Notes: generated by a model from the sequence alone, not told the origin. A DNA stretch of 61,443 nt from a virus (IMGVR_UViG_3300042905_004017:1-61443), one strand, 5' to 3'. Shown: positions 41,701 through 49,325, counted from the stretch's first letter. Numbers and translations are program-made.

Positions 41701-43072
41701 GTTGCTGGACAATCCTGTAACAGCCAATGTAGGCGACTGGATTACACAGGCAAACAACACGGCCAATGCCTATATTCTTGAGTCTGTGGTCAATTCGCAG
41801 TATCTGTCAGTGATATACACAACACCAGCATTCACAGTGTCAGCGGGCAATGTGATTACCATCAATGGCGTTACAGCAACATCAAACATTGCAGAAATTA
41901 ATTCTGGTGGCAATGTTGATGTAAAAATAAGTTACCTAGATCTCAAAGATGTACTAGATTCAAATGTTTACAGCACGTATCTAGACAGCAATCTAGGCAT
42001 TAGACCGCAAGACATAAACATAGTTGGTGGTGCCTACGTAGACACATATTCCAGTCATGCACCCGAAGAGCTTGTGCCTGGCAGAATGTATGACGCCATG
42101 GAAATGCGTGTGTTCAGTAACACCGCAGGTAATACAGCCACTCTTGGTTACAGACTGTTCCAACCAATGAGTGCCAACATTGTTTACACAAGAATAAGTG
42201 CCAATGCCACCACCACGCTGTCAGCCAACTTGCTGCTGGCCGATGACGAAATTCTAGTCAACAATGCCAGTGTGTTGCCCACTCCTAGTGCTGTACTAGG
42301 CAATCCGGGTGTAGTGTTTATCAATGGCGAAAGAATACACTACTATCAGAAATATGATACAGCCAAGATGTCCACTGCGGTAGCCTGGACAGCAAATACC
42401 AACATACCTGTGAACACCTTGATAGCACTTGACAGCAATGTCTATCTAACTCAAGGAAACGTATACGCCAATGCCAACATCTATGTAAACACTGCCAATA
42501 TTCAATTGATCAGATTGAATTCATTGAGACAACTGCGTAGAGGTGTAGATGGTACTGGCGCGGCAAACATTGTGCTGGCAGGAAACACAGTGTCAGACAG
42601 CAGCTTGGCTCAATTGATACCCAACGCACAAATCTTTAGTCCTGTCACAGTCACAGGCAATGTTACGGTAACAGCCAATGTGACCTTCAAACTTGTTTTG
42701 AGTTCAAACATAACAGCCAACATTGGTGATTATATAACACAGTTCATAGGCAACACAGCCAACGCCAGAGTGTTAGGAAATGTGATTTCAAGCAATGTGG
42801 TTGCGGTTGGTAACGTGACCGGCGTATTTGTTACTGCTGCCAATACAGGTACCAGAGTCAACATAGCAAGCATGACCTCAGGTGTTTCCACTACCACTGC
42901 CAACGTGTTAACTATCTCAACACTGGGCTCGGTATTTGCCAACGGTAATGTGGTTCTATCCAGCACACCTTTGTTACGTAGTAACATTTGGGAACAATTT
43001 GGTACTACACTACAAAACAGCAACACCGTAGGTGCGCAGTTTATAAGAGCGGAGCCTAGTTACATACCATGA
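29780..43072 (+). CDS. Giant (4430 aa) multidomain baseplate wedge/fibre protein (gp7-like position)
   Basis: Uninterrupted ORF after gp6; FG-GAP-like repeats (FG.S.A...VGAP), GSGY beta modules, W.P...Y..G..V.Y modules, YI.EVKPY motif and an Asn-rich C-terminus. Confidence 0.8.
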   Translation: MAVFKTLQFLPEIFRTDTNRKFLHATTDQLVSEPDFTRINGYIGRKLAPSYKTTDSYLIEPTKQRQDYQLEPSIVVKNSVSGDIEFATTYTDLLNKINFYGGYSDNHSRLFDNEYYSYDPQVDLDKLVNFAQYYWLENGPAAVNVTASTVPLQQTFNVTFDSVTNTYKFSGFNDSPNPILTLARGGRYVFQINEPGNKFFIQSGPSSLGVDINAPNLSTRSVFGVNNNGQDVGSVIFQVPLIDSQDNWTNMTVVDTADYATSHSYQSLQGCLLSDLNDALGGIDGPTYSLDGASVIFINTAFIDDVFWHNTARITNDVIYLDQDVLIPFNQRNDVYQITIYNDEDDNARIYLTRKTTVSNEQKVRIVSGAVNAGREFYSRLDIFFEVPQITAPLSLLYYQSDQTDQAVGGIQLIDPELAIIDPDLDIIGQQNYVSPNGVVFTNGLKITFDSTATEAYASKTYYVEGVGQSIKLVLAADLIVPELDNLATPDYITVNRSSLDLNAWSRSNRWFHVDVIEKTAEYNSVDLVLNQSFRAQRPILEFRPDLQLYNFGTAAKAPVDLLDDLITNAYTQVQGIMVLEPGDPPTELTISLVRDSSDLIVGRTYDITTLGTSVWSNAGATLVSAAGLEAGTEYIIATVGNTTWTTVGAASGIAGTVFTATGPDAGTTGTAYKVRFTATGVTAGTGSATDIETVTINDGDRIIFSADDNLDVRNKIFNFSIVEASTPSALTSIYRAYIEEADDAVVEEAHTIVVLSGKNGEKQWHYNGTTWVQSQQKTARNQAPLFDVINSDGASFADFSVYAGSQFPGTKIFSYKQGTGTNDPVLGFPLSYKNLLTQGDIEFENNLNLDTFSYLLPGGIAQTVNVNTGFLQKNLSRDTSTRLNNWVINNNFSKQYQIFSFTYDGTTNLFPVDIIPDISVEIPNIKVVINNKSVAVGRFAITKTVDKLAILVDPALLSVDDVVFVSIYSKSSVSQTGFYQVPVNLDINSLNIDIDFLTLGQIRNHLIEYKNNSLDIVGEVPGDSNLRDISYLDRGGSILQHSAPIIYSALFLNHPILNLIDSLRLASREYNQFKIKFLELAANLDLDRTNIAESVDAIMAVINSVKNENFPWYYSDMVPHGDDEKTTIPSYTVFDTDIRAYEITNIFQDSVISNKAVFVYLTRTLENVTTTTLLIKGQDYYFDQTRPAVVIQDTFNLLYNDILTIVEYNNTDGSYVPETPTKLGLYPKFVPEIYLDNTYQTPIEVIQGHDGSITPAFGDYRDQLLLELERRIYNNIKVEYDVTLFNINDYVPGKFRLLDYTLREYNEILGQSFLRWVGTNRVDYSTNTVFTASDAFTWNYKKFKDVINAENLPGTWRSIFRYFFDTDRPHTHPWEMLGFSEKPDYWNDRYGPAPYTGGNFVLWSDLESGYIHAGARAGIDLRYSRPGLTSIIPVDDSGNLRPPSEFLVTDFSSDKANTSYAVGDIGPTELAWRRSSDYAYAVQYALAVAKPARYFSLLADVKRYYRNSVLGQFLDVETNKHLQPSTIRVNGYTDSAGNVSRSAGYINWIRDYVKNTGVMDASDTVKNVLDNISVQLTYKMAGYSDKKFVELLAEQVSPSSINDSVIIPDENYVIELYKSAPLAKIVYSAVIVEKTANGYTVSGYNVNDPFFNIIPSLENNNAYKINASGQSATIFRDARRTVQTVPYGFEFAKTQQVVDFLVSYQRHLISQGFTFDDRENLLNEVKDWVLSAKEFLHWTSQGWKTGNIIVLSPISNLLKIKNTSAVVDEITNTPTGSRVLDVNYKPIVKNDFTIVRDDQEFVFRAIADQTIGLAEFNMVQYEHLLVLDNQTVFRDVIYLPETGNRQYRIKIIGAKTNLWNGSLELPGFVFSSERIIEWSPGVDYLKGTIVDYKQRFYTAQENISAADSFQIKSWKLLDANEVKTGVLNNLATNASESLRYYDINDQPINEEIQLFSNGLIGFRPRQYFTNLGIDITTQSKFYQGLIKQGGTLNAINALKGATFNNLDTQPLNLFENWAIRVGEYGTTDLNQFIEFILSDAEFDNNPAVFQVVDIAANVQVDVKSFTQADVYKSSSDFTADFLRVENQNEPHVLKPLPVAGFVNLDDVDATVFDIQDTSESTFVPDIGTGYTIWTAKDLNNNWNVFRATNVPGVPFLLRYNVGDQAELGMNVPHGLAVNDLVALTKFDERYDGIYKVDAVVDSDRIIITITNNLQELIDSEAVIGNGILYKLKSSLLETPIDLVNNIPYDGWITNDTVWVENLDNQGNWGVYRKTDPWSYASKIQLGASQYVGNDHFGRSVAFDNNALFLYGGAPDSNRGRVSVFARNISNTWDAYGFLSGNNANLDSFGKTIATATVDGVSYVAVGAPDSSTGGVVYIFENQILIQILANDTPAAGDQFGASLAMSDDAKYLYVGSPGADKFFCYVLDYPRPTSVQILTTSGATTYTLAESASYAVDFVVNVPTLISQYFPFVDYTLGTATNGITSFTATGTATGSAATYYGLAATGGAGSGAKFFVEKLFDDSPSPTLVYQVTLENAGTGYAATNTLTIPGTSLGGASPANNITITVGAVGEVYNITFGSAPAAGLELSIIRRPNKYIRFGNITGESGSSYGTAVACNATGQVFAVGASTRTVNDSTNAGTVDTWHVEVAEIVTNGITNTFTFPYNFGAAYRVYLNDQLIYDFINAPVGVSPLYTVISSNTIQYGDPGTPVLPAGNRFKVEFNNIIYDQTINPNLMGLEGSRFGSLLAMCNNGCNIYVSSPNYKEANYTTGLVTRYLNIGRIYGEIIGTVTNPVVNIGDSLSINNVIVTFTGTTLASVVNNINGANIPGVTASAVDNKLKITSDVVVAAEKLNILNGNFGGSALFLLGIQQYKFVQNIKHPEGSGETFGTALTVDQTIDTLAVGSNGADMAISTTFDADEGTATTFDGTGTKFVQLIADSGAVYIYNLMANPFEDVNNPALYAYSQKLSGPDLETGFNFGAAIALRGEYLTIGVSNDYDIVTEGGSVYFFRNPDSRSGWTLIRNKEPRVDIGAVSSAFIYNQTNENIIDFFDYIDPVKGKLLGVVDQELDFKEEYDPASYNTSTRADTINNTNFYWSDKQVAKTWLDLGTMSFIDYEQDTIQYRAKNWGSLFPGSVVTVYEWVESDFLPSLYATAVGTGVAKYPDDSAYSSVTTVDPVTGIISQKYYYWVSGLTTVDVNRAVRTLSAKSLESYITNPKDQDIPYLALLNSNAVAVYNINDTLSGNDIVLHLDTSTARNTNLIHNEWQLVQQGAGADSIPSRAILKLKDSLVGFDINDFSVPDPLLAVQNRLGILSNPRQSMLLNRLVALENYVVTLNSVLLKNPILLTRNPSLLYVNDPVPTTGFDTQTNNVADLGYLDTNAYYDGYKVLITSDSTYQGRWSIYSFNSATDSFEVSRLQSFRTTLYWTATDWYSESYQFGKDINFTVDIYSDTQALVLTPGNYVKVLDSGQGSWLIYEVLADLSFELIAAQNGTVQISSTVYDVSVGAGYDSIVYDTNEYDSQPVKELQNIYDSVYREILIDDLSNEFNNLFLTIINYIFAEQKSPDWIFKTSFVDVYHNLRALQEFPNYVRDNQSFYDDYINEVKPYRTIVREYVPLYNRQDDAYGDWTDFDLPSAYDSNTNVYKSPNVNNPGDAELFTSDLYSDWYSNYKFKITDYIIGNVGLNYILPPNVEITGGGGSGASAITTIFGNGKISGITVISAGSGYTSTPNVFINGDGVGATAYPLLKNEYYASQANLSYNLVRSVDTILKFDRLDYSSNLIVWQPNTAYANTVVVSGNTAVDSGNIYVSSGNIIVYNNQAFLATNANVTSQAIFDFTRYSRIDSGNVLLNAIDRIVAYYEPEVGMTGKNINQLVYGTGYPGSYLQGPGFRANAFEVSSNIISFDYEGLTIDSANIAAFDFVNLGFEIDQSIRIEANVPFDFQNNGYFTIVNVNRDSMTLTGQPVETTWNLLLDNPVTANVGDWITQANNTANAYILESVVNSQYLSVIYTTPAFTVSAGNVITINGVTATSNIAEINSGGNVDVKISYLDLKDVLDSNVYSTYLDSNLGIRPQDINIVGGAYVDTYSSHAPEELVPGRMYDAMEMRVFSNTAGNTATLGYRLFQPMSANIVYTRISANATTTLSANLLLADDEILVNNASVLPTPSAVLGNPGVVFINGERIHYYQKYDTAKMSTAVAWTANTNIPVNTLIALDSNVYLTQGNVYANANIYVNTANIQLIRLNSLRQLRRGVDGTGAANIVLAGNTVSDSSLAQLIPNAQIFSPVTVTGNVTVTANVTFKLVLSSNITANIGDYITQFIGNTANARVLGNVISSNVVAVGNVTGVFVTAANTGTRVNIASMTSGVSTTTANVLTISTLGSVFANGNVVLSSTPLLRSNIWEQFGTTLQNSNTVGAQFIRAEPSYIP

Positions 43073-43095
43073 ATCACGAGCAACTAAATAGTAAT

Positions 43096-43773
43096 ATGGA
43101 TAAAAATATGGAAGATTTAAACGAAAATTCTACAAACACCACTGCCGGGCCCAACGAAGTGGGCGGCATACATGTTCAGGGTCATATCAAAATTTTTGAT
43201 CCAGAATCTGGGGAAGTTTACATAGACAAACGCAATGCTATTCACTATGAAAACATCAGTGAAGCCATAGCATACACTTTGGCCAACAAAGGGCAAAACT
43301 ACATTTATGAAATGCACTTTGGCAACGGTGGAACCAGCGTGGATCCAACAGGAATTATCAATTATCTGCCACCCAATGTGAACACCAGCAACAGCAATTT
43401 GTATAACCCCACATTTGCAAAAATTGTAGACAATACCAGTGCATTGAATGCTGATCCAACGAGAAACAAGATGGAAATTAGACACGTTCCGGGTCGTGTT
43501 TACACAGACATAGTGATCAGCTGTCTGCTAGATTATGGCGAGCCCGCCGGGCAGAGTGCGTTTGACAACAGCACCAACTTGGAAGACACCTATACCTTTG
43601 ATGAGTTGGGATTGAAAGCACGCAGCACAGACGGCTCATCAGGCTTGACCACAACAGGAAAATTGTTGACGCATGTGATTTTCCATCCGGTACAAAAAAG
43701 CCTAAACAGATTGATTCAAATTGATTACACGGTAAGAATTCAAACACTTACAAATTTAAGTAGCGTAGGATAA
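43096..43773 (+). CDS. Conserved virion/baseplate structural protein
   Basis: GHIKIFD, M.FGNGG, FDELGL and LTHVIFHPVQKS; TAAATA at 43085-43090 implies a start at 43096 or 43108. Confidence 0.7.
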   Translation: MDKNMEDLNENSTNTTAGPNEVGGIHVQGHIKIFDPESGEVYIDKRNAIHYENISEAIAYTLANKGQNYIYEMHFGNGGTSVDPTGIINYLPPNVNTSNSNLYNPTFAKIVDNTSALNADPTRNKMEIRHVPGRVYTDIVISCLLDYGEPAGQSAFDNSTNLEDTYTFDELGLKARSTDGSSGLTTTGKLLTHVIFHPVQKSLNRLIQIDYTVRIQTLTNLSSVG

Positions 43774-43777
43774 AACC

Positions 43778-44893
43778 ATGAGTTATTTTGTAAACAAAAC
43801 CGATGGATCAGTTATAGTGGTGCTAGATGGTACCAAGGACACTACTAGCACCAGCCTGACACTGTTTGGGCGCTTGGTAGCCAATTACGGTGATCAAACC
43901 AATGAAAATTTTGTACACCTATTGGAAAATTTTGCGTTTGGCAGTGCACCAGCCAATCCAATTCATGGACAACTGTGGTACGATACCAGCGTCAACAATT
44001 TAAAAAATTATACCACTGCTAATACCTGGGTAATTGTGGGCAGCGACATTCAAGGCAATCTTGATGTTGCAGGTAACATACACTTTGGGCCTTACAATTT
44101 TGCATTTAAAGATCTAGACGGCAACGTACAAATAACTAATTCGGCCAACGTGGGCAATGTGAGTTTTTTCACCAATGTAAACGGTGTAAGCAGCAGAGTG
44201 TTCCATGTCAACAGTAACAACGGATTAATTGACGTTTACGGCAATGCTACTACCAACTTTGGTATTCCTACAAAAATTTATGTGGACAGTGAGTTACAGG
44301 CACTACAATCTCGAGCCACAACCAACTTACAAAGCAATGTCAACATAATCAATGCAAATTTGACAGTTAGAATCAGCGAAGAAAATCAGCTGAGAGCTAA
44401 TCTTACTGCGGCCAATGCGCAGATAGCTTTGAGAGACACAATTGCTCGTGTAAACAGTATCAACACAGCCATTGAAACAGCATTAACTGCCAACGTAGCG
44501 ATTATCAATGCCAATCTGGTAGTCAGGCGCGATCAAACTATTGCAGTTGACACCGCACTAGTAGCCAATGTAAACGCAATCAATGCCAGCCTTAACGCGG
44601 CCAATGCAGAAATCATATCAGTCAACAACAGATTAAATTCAGTCAACACAGCAAGAAATATTGCCTTGACAGCTAACCTGGCACTCAAAGCTGACCTGGC
44701 CAGTCCTGCATTTTCAGGTGTGCCCACTGCACCCACTGCTGCATTTGGTGCAAACACATTACAACTTGCAACTACCAATTATGTCATGATCAGATCAGAA
44801 TTCTGGGATGGCAGCAGAAAATTCGTAAGCACAGCTGACCCCGACAACGCTATCGGAAGCAACGGGGATTTATGGTTCAAGTATACTCCATGA
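43778..44893 (+). CDS. Fibre/whisker-like virion protein with a coiled-coil AN-repeat shaft
   Basis: N-terminal TSLTL.G....YG...NENF..LLENFA...P..P..GQLW.D module shared with 46697..48331; SP.FSG.PTAPT and ATT.YV fibre motifs. Confidence 0.75.
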   Translation: MSYFVNKTDGSVIVVLDGTKDTTSTSLTLFGRLVANYGDQTNENFVHLLENFAFGSAPANPIHGQLWYDTSVNNLKNYTTANTWVIVGSDIQGNLDVAGNIHFGPYNFAFKDLDGNVQITNSANVGNVSFFTNVNGVSSRVFHVNSNNGLIDVYGNATTNFGIPTKIYVDSELQALQSRATTNLQSNVNIINANLTVRISEENQLRANLTAANAQIALRDTIARVNSINTAIETALTANVAIINANLVVRRDQTIAVDTALVANVNAINASLNAANAEIISVNNRLNSVNTARNIALTANLALKADLASPAFSGVPTAPTAAFGANTLQLATTNYVMIRSEFWDGSRKFVSTADPDNAIGSNGDLWFKYTP

Positions 44894-44894
44894 C

Positions 44895-46628
44895 ATGACT
44901 ACTAAACAAATAAAACTAGAATTTGTTAGGCAGCCCGGTAACACCACACTTACACCTAGAACCGATGACCGCTGGGGCTCATTTCAAAACACATATGCAG
45001 CTTGGACTAGTAGTCGGTCTGTGGCTGAGACAATAACAATCACACGCAAGATTGAACTTCAACAAGGTTATTATTTTGTAACAGGCACAGTAGACAATTC
45101 TGGATCGGTGACAGTGAACGGAACGGTAATTAATCTGTTTACATTCAACACTAATATATCTAGAACTGATTTGGGAACAAGTACTAGAATCTACCACAGC
45201 GGTGGATTAATGGATATAGTTATTGACGCACGCAATCAGGGTGATGTAGCCGGAGTTGCTGTGACCATATCGGAACAGGGTCTGAATGTTGTTTCTGCTG
45301 GTGGCCGGAATATTATCAATAGTACGTATGTGGGCAATTTAGTTTGGAGCACTAGAACACCAGGCGTAACTACCATTGGTAGATATGTATTCACAATGCC
45401 TTACGCAGCATCAATCACGGCACATACATGGGGAGCCGGTGGTAGCGGTGCTGCTGGTTACGGCACAGGCGGTAATTGGTTTGGTGGAATCAGTTTTTAT
45501 GCAGCTCCTGGTGGCAGCGGATCACCTGGCCTGTACAATACGCACACTTTTGAAGTTGCAGCCGGCGATGTGGTAGAAGTGTTTGTGGGCTCAGCTGGCC
45601 TACCAGGTACAGTATTAAAAGGTACTCCATATGATGGAGGTAACACACCCGGAGGCAATGGAGGTGCCAGTAGAACATTAGTAGGCGGTGTTGCGGCTCA
45701 AAGCTACAACGGTGGTCGAGGTGGACAAGGTGGTAGATTGGCAATGTACCAAAGCGGCGGCTACGGCAGCAACTATTATCGCAAAGCTGGCGGCGGCACT
45801 GGCGGAGGCGGGGGCGGCGGCGCATCAGGGGTGTTGGTCAACAATTTGCCAGCAATTGTGGCTGGCGGTGGTGGAGGCGGTGGTGGAAGTGGCGCAGCCC
45901 CAGATTTTGCTGTAAACGGTACACAAGGCACTGGTGATTCAAATGCGGCCATTACAAAAAATGCCACAGGAGAAACACCTGGTGACAACAGAGGAGAAAA
46001 TGGTAGAGATGTAGGAATTTACAACTTTGGTGGTGGAGGCGGTGGTGGCGGCGGCGGATACCCCGGTGGTCAAGGCGGTATGAGTAGAGCTGACAGTGAT
46101 AGTTTGGGTTTTCATTACGGATACAATCCTCAAGGCGGAACAGGATTTCACGGCAAGTGCGGCGGAAATTATCCTGCATATCCTGCTTCAACAGGAGCAG
46201 GCACGCTGTATTACGACGCAACATACGGTCGAGGGGGTGCAGGTGGTTTAGGAACAGCAATACTTGGTTTCACTGGTGGTCTAGGAACGGCAGTTTCCAC
46301 TCCCACTCCAATTACTCCAACTGTCGGAGCACCATTTCGCGGCTACGGTGGTCCAGTCTATGGTGATCCACAGCCGGGACAATCAGGAACAGATGGTCGT
46401 GTAGTGTTGATCATGGAACCAATTGGTTTAAGTTCTGTCAAAGTTGGTGGACAGTGGCGTCAGATTACCGAAGCCTTTTATAAAGTAGGCGGAGTATACA
46501 AAGATATTAGCGATATTTTTATAAAAATCAATGATGAATGGAAACCAATTGAAGGTGGTGGTGGCGCTACACCAAACATAAGCAAAGACTCCGGAGATTA
46601 TGGACTCAACAACAGAAATTACTCCTGA
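44895..46628 (+). CDS. Glycine-rich fibre tip / receptor-binding-like protein
   Basis: WGAGG.G and GGGGGG runs; C-terminal KVGG.W/KVGG.Y/KIND.W hairpin repeats. Confidence 0.7.
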   Translation: MTTKQIKLEFVRQPGNTTLTPRTDDRWGSFQNTYAAWTSSRSVAETITITRKIELQQGYYFVTGTVDNSGSVTVNGTVINLFTFNTNISRTDLGTSTRIYHSGGLMDIVIDARNQGDVAGVAVTISEQGLNVVSAGGRNIINSTYVGNLVWSTRTPGVTTIGRYVFTMPYAASITAHTWGAGGSGAAGYGTGGNWFGGISFYAAPGGSGSPGLYNTHTFEVAAGDVVEVFVGSAGLPGTVLKGTPYDGGNTPGGNGGASRTLVGGVAAQSYNGGRGGQGGRLAMYQSGGYGSNYYRKAGGGTGGGGGGGASGVLVNNLPAIVAGGGGGGGGSGAAPDFAVNGTQGTGDSNAAITKNATGETPGDNRGENGRDVGIYNFGGGGGGGGGGYPGGQGGMSRADSDSLGFHYGYNPQGGTGFHGKCGGNYPAYPASTGAGTLYYDATYGRGGAGGLGTAILGFTGGLGTAVSTPTPITPTVGAPFRGYGGPVYGDPQPGQSGTDGRVVLIMEPIGLSSVKVGGQWRQITEAFYKVGGVYKDISDIFIKINDEWKPIEGGGGATPNISKDSGDYGLNNRNYS

Positions 46629-46696
46629 TCGCACAAACAAGCTTTATTCTGTTGATTAAACACGCATAAATAACAAAAGTCGGAGAATTTAACAAG

Positions 46697-48331
46697 ATGG
46701 CATACAATATTACCCTAACCAATGGTACTGCTTTAATCAGTGGCGGACTACCAGATGGAACAATTGACACAATTAACAGCAGCTTGACTTTGGTTGGTAA
46801 AAATTATCCCGGATACGGTATTTTCCTAAACCAAAACATGGTAAAATTGATGGAAAATTTTGCCAATGGCTCTGCTCCCACAGCACCACTGCCAGGACAA
46901 TTATGGTGGAATTCGACCACAAAATACCTTAACATAAACACTGCTAGCACCAAGGGCACTGCAAATGCTGTGTGGAAAACCATTGCCACAATGACCTATG
47001 CATCCAGTTTTACTACAACTCCAGTTCCGGGCGAGCAGTGGTATGACACAATCAATGGACAGCTTAAAGTGTGGAACGGATCAGCCTGGGTCACGATTGG
47101 TCCCGCAGCCACAACCGCAACTGGTAACTCAGGGGCTATCCCAGACACAATTGCCGCAGTAAGTCCGGCAGCGACCTACGTGGTTCTTAAATTTTTTATC
47201 AACGACACCCTGGTTGGTATCTGGAGCAAAGAAGCAGCCTTTACAACAGCCATAAGTGGATTTGCACAGGTCAATCGCGGTCTAAACCTCAGCACAGATT
47301 TGAGCCAGGCCTATTACGGTAACGCCGATGTGGCATTATCACTGTCTGTGAGTGGTGTCAAAGTTCCTGGCACAAGTTTTTTAAGAAACGACACATCCGG
47401 TACAATTGCAGGAGCATTGACCTTGAGTGGAGCCGCCAGTGACGGTGGACTCACATTTGGGCAAGCTGGGGACTTTGTAGGATCAGTCAGCAGCGGCAAT
47501 GTGACCCTAAGAAATCAAACCAACAACAGAGAACTAATTTTAAGCTTAAAAACCGGAGGTGTACAAACACCATTTTTTAAAGGCAATTGGCAAACAGGAT
47601 TACCAGAAGCATTTGCTAATCCCACAGTATCTAGCCCGGCCCTTACCTTGGCTACAAAAAGTTATGTAGACAACCAACTTGGCAGTGGTACCGGAGTAAG
47701 CACATTTGCAGCCAGTTTGAATCCTGATGCAAACGTTACATACACGTTAGGAAATACAACAAACAGATGGAGTAATGTGTTCACAGAAAGTGTATTGGTT
47801 GGTAATGTGTTTGCTGCCAATGCCAATGTACACACAGTTTATGCATCTGGTACCATATTGCCAACGTCCAATACCACTGTTAATCTAGGAAGTACAGGCA
47901 TGTGGTTTAATACGTTTTATGGAGTGTCTGTACAAGCACAATACGCTGACTTGGCAGAAAGATTTGAAACAGATCAACCGTATGATCCAGGCACTGTAGT
48001 TGCACTTGGTGGCATAAAAGAAATTACCGCGGCTGCCGAAGAATTAAGCGAAGATGTGTTTGGCGTCATAAGTACTAGAGCAGCTTATTTGATGAATGGT
48101 GCTGCTGGATCAGACACAACTCATCCACCAGTGGCAGTCAACGGCCGAGTACCTGTAAGAGTGATAGGGCCAATACGCAAAGGTGATCGATTGGTAAGTG
48201 CAGGCAACGGCTTGGCCAGAGCTGGTGCAAAACATGAACTGTCACCATTTAATGTGATTGGTCGCAGTCTACAAGACAAATTAGACACCGGTGAAGGCAC
48301 AATCGAAGCCATTGTCAAACTCAATAGTTAG
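46697..48331 (+). CDS. Tail fibre protein with a C-terminal intramolecular-chaperone-like domain
   Basis: Shared N-terminal fibre module; YADLAE.F...GTVV..GG..EI...GV.S and GRVPV.V.G...KGD.LVS motifs; TAAATA at 46667. Confidence 0.75.
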   Translation: MAYNITLTNGTALISGGLPDGTIDTINSSLTLVGKNYPGYGIFLNQNMVKLMENFANGSAPTAPLPGQLWWNSTTKYLNINTASTKGTANAVWKTIATMTYASSFTTTPVPGEQWYDTINGQLKVWNGSAWVTIGPAATTATGNSGAIPDTIAAVSPAATYVVLKFFINDTLVGIWSKEAAFTTAISGFAQVNRGLNLSTDLSQAYYGNADVALSLSVSGVKVPGTSFLRNDTSGTIAGALTLSGAASDGGLTFGQAGDFVGSVSSGNVTLRNQTNNRELILSLKTGGVQTPFFKGNWQTGLPEAFANPTVSSPALTLATKSYVDNQLGSGTGVSTFAASLNPDANVTYTLGNTTNRWSNVFTESVLVGNVFAANANVHTVYASGTILPTSNTTVNLGSTGMWFNTFYGVSVQAQYADLAERFETDQPYDPGTVVALGGIKEITAAAEELSEDVFGVISTRAAYLMNGAAGSDTTHPPVAVNGRVPVRVIGPIRKGDRLVSAGNGLARAGAKHELSPFNVIGRSLQDKLDTGEGTIEAIVKLNS

Positions 48332-48341
48332 GAAATAAAGT

Positions 48342-49295
48342 ATGTCTTACGCACAAGGTAGTTTAATTGAAGCACAAGATTATAATCAAATACTAGGCGC
48401 TAATACTAGTACAGACACCAGTACGATTCATGCTGTGTGGGCTTGGGGCAACGGTAGTAGAGGATATGGACAAACTCCTATTAGTCAGGTATCGGTGGCC
48501 AGTCTTGTTACAGCCACTCAATGGGCCACATTGGTTAACACAGTTAATAGTGCCAACTTACACATTCGCAATACCAGTTCTGGTTTAACTGCCAACACAG
48601 CAGGTCAGGTAATTGGGCATTCTGGCGGCTTACCTACCGCCATTACATTACTAAATCAAGACAGATTGTTGTTTGCAACCAATTCGGCTGTTGTGGCCAA
48701 CCAAAGCTCATTGACTGCATACCCGGCCTGGATAGTAGCCGATACTTCTGCCACAGTAACAAGAAGTTTTGGTGCCAATGTAGCATTTGCCAGTCCAGAT
48801 GCAGCAAGATTTTTCTTCAATGCCGGAGGCAGATTAAAATTCAATTGCAGTGCTGTGAACAATGTGGGCGCTGGTTCGAGATCTGCTGCTGTTGTAGACT
48901 TGTTTAATTTTGCAGGTGGAATAGCCACATTTGGCGCCAATACCAATGGCGGCAGGACCGGCACAGGCGGTACTTTGAACAGCAATGATACTGCAAAAGG
49001 TTATTATGAAGCCACAATTGCAAACATACAGTTAGTGTCAATCACATCAACCACAAGTTTATACACTTCAGATACTGTTACAATAACTTACAGAACTAAC
49101 GGCACTCAAGGACAACACAACGATAATGGCACTATTCTAAGTTTTTGGATAAACATTTCGTCGGCACAAGGAAGTGGTTCTCCTAGTGTCAACGACAACA
49201 TCAACATTACACCCACTGTGACAGTAGACGTTTCGGCTCCTGAAACAACCAATTTGACCAATACCTGGGGCACTGTCACAGTTACTCGTCAATAA
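48342..49295 (+). CDS. Virion structural protein (fibre-associated)
   Basis: Thr/Asn/Ser-rich; Y..G.LI.A.DYN, GYGQ and AR.FFNAGG motifs; last gene of the structural block. Confidence 0.65.
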   Translation: MSYAQGSLIEAQDYNQILGANTSTDTSTIHAVWAWGNGSRGYGQTPISQVSVASLVTATQWATLVNTVNSANLHIRNTSSGLTANTAGQVIGHSGGLPTAITLLNQDRLLFATNSAVVANQSSLTAYPAWIVADTSATVTRSFGANVAFASPDAARFFFNAGGRLKFNCSAVNNVGAGSRSAAVVDLFNFAGGIATFGANTNGGRTGTGGTLNSNDTAKGYYEATIANIQLVSITSTTSLYTSDTVTITYRTNGTQGQHNDNGTILSFWINISSAQGSGSPSVNDNINITPTVTVDVSAPETTNLTNTWGTVTVTRQ

Positions 49296-49325
49296 GTTAT
49301 CTAAAAAAAGTCTTTACCTTTATAC

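Larger units (their letters stand above)
1152..46672. promoter_or_regulatory. Set of TAAATA late-promoter cores
   Basis: Minus strand: 1152, 3911, 4202, 5952, 8313. Plus strand: 8292, 19494, 25847, 26261, 43085, 46667. Each lies a short distance upstream of a structural gene start. Confidence 0.75.

Noticed and set aside
45780-46080. GGC/GGT-rich repeats as a DNA-level element
   Set aside because: Explained by poly-Gly coding in a glycine-rich fibre protein.
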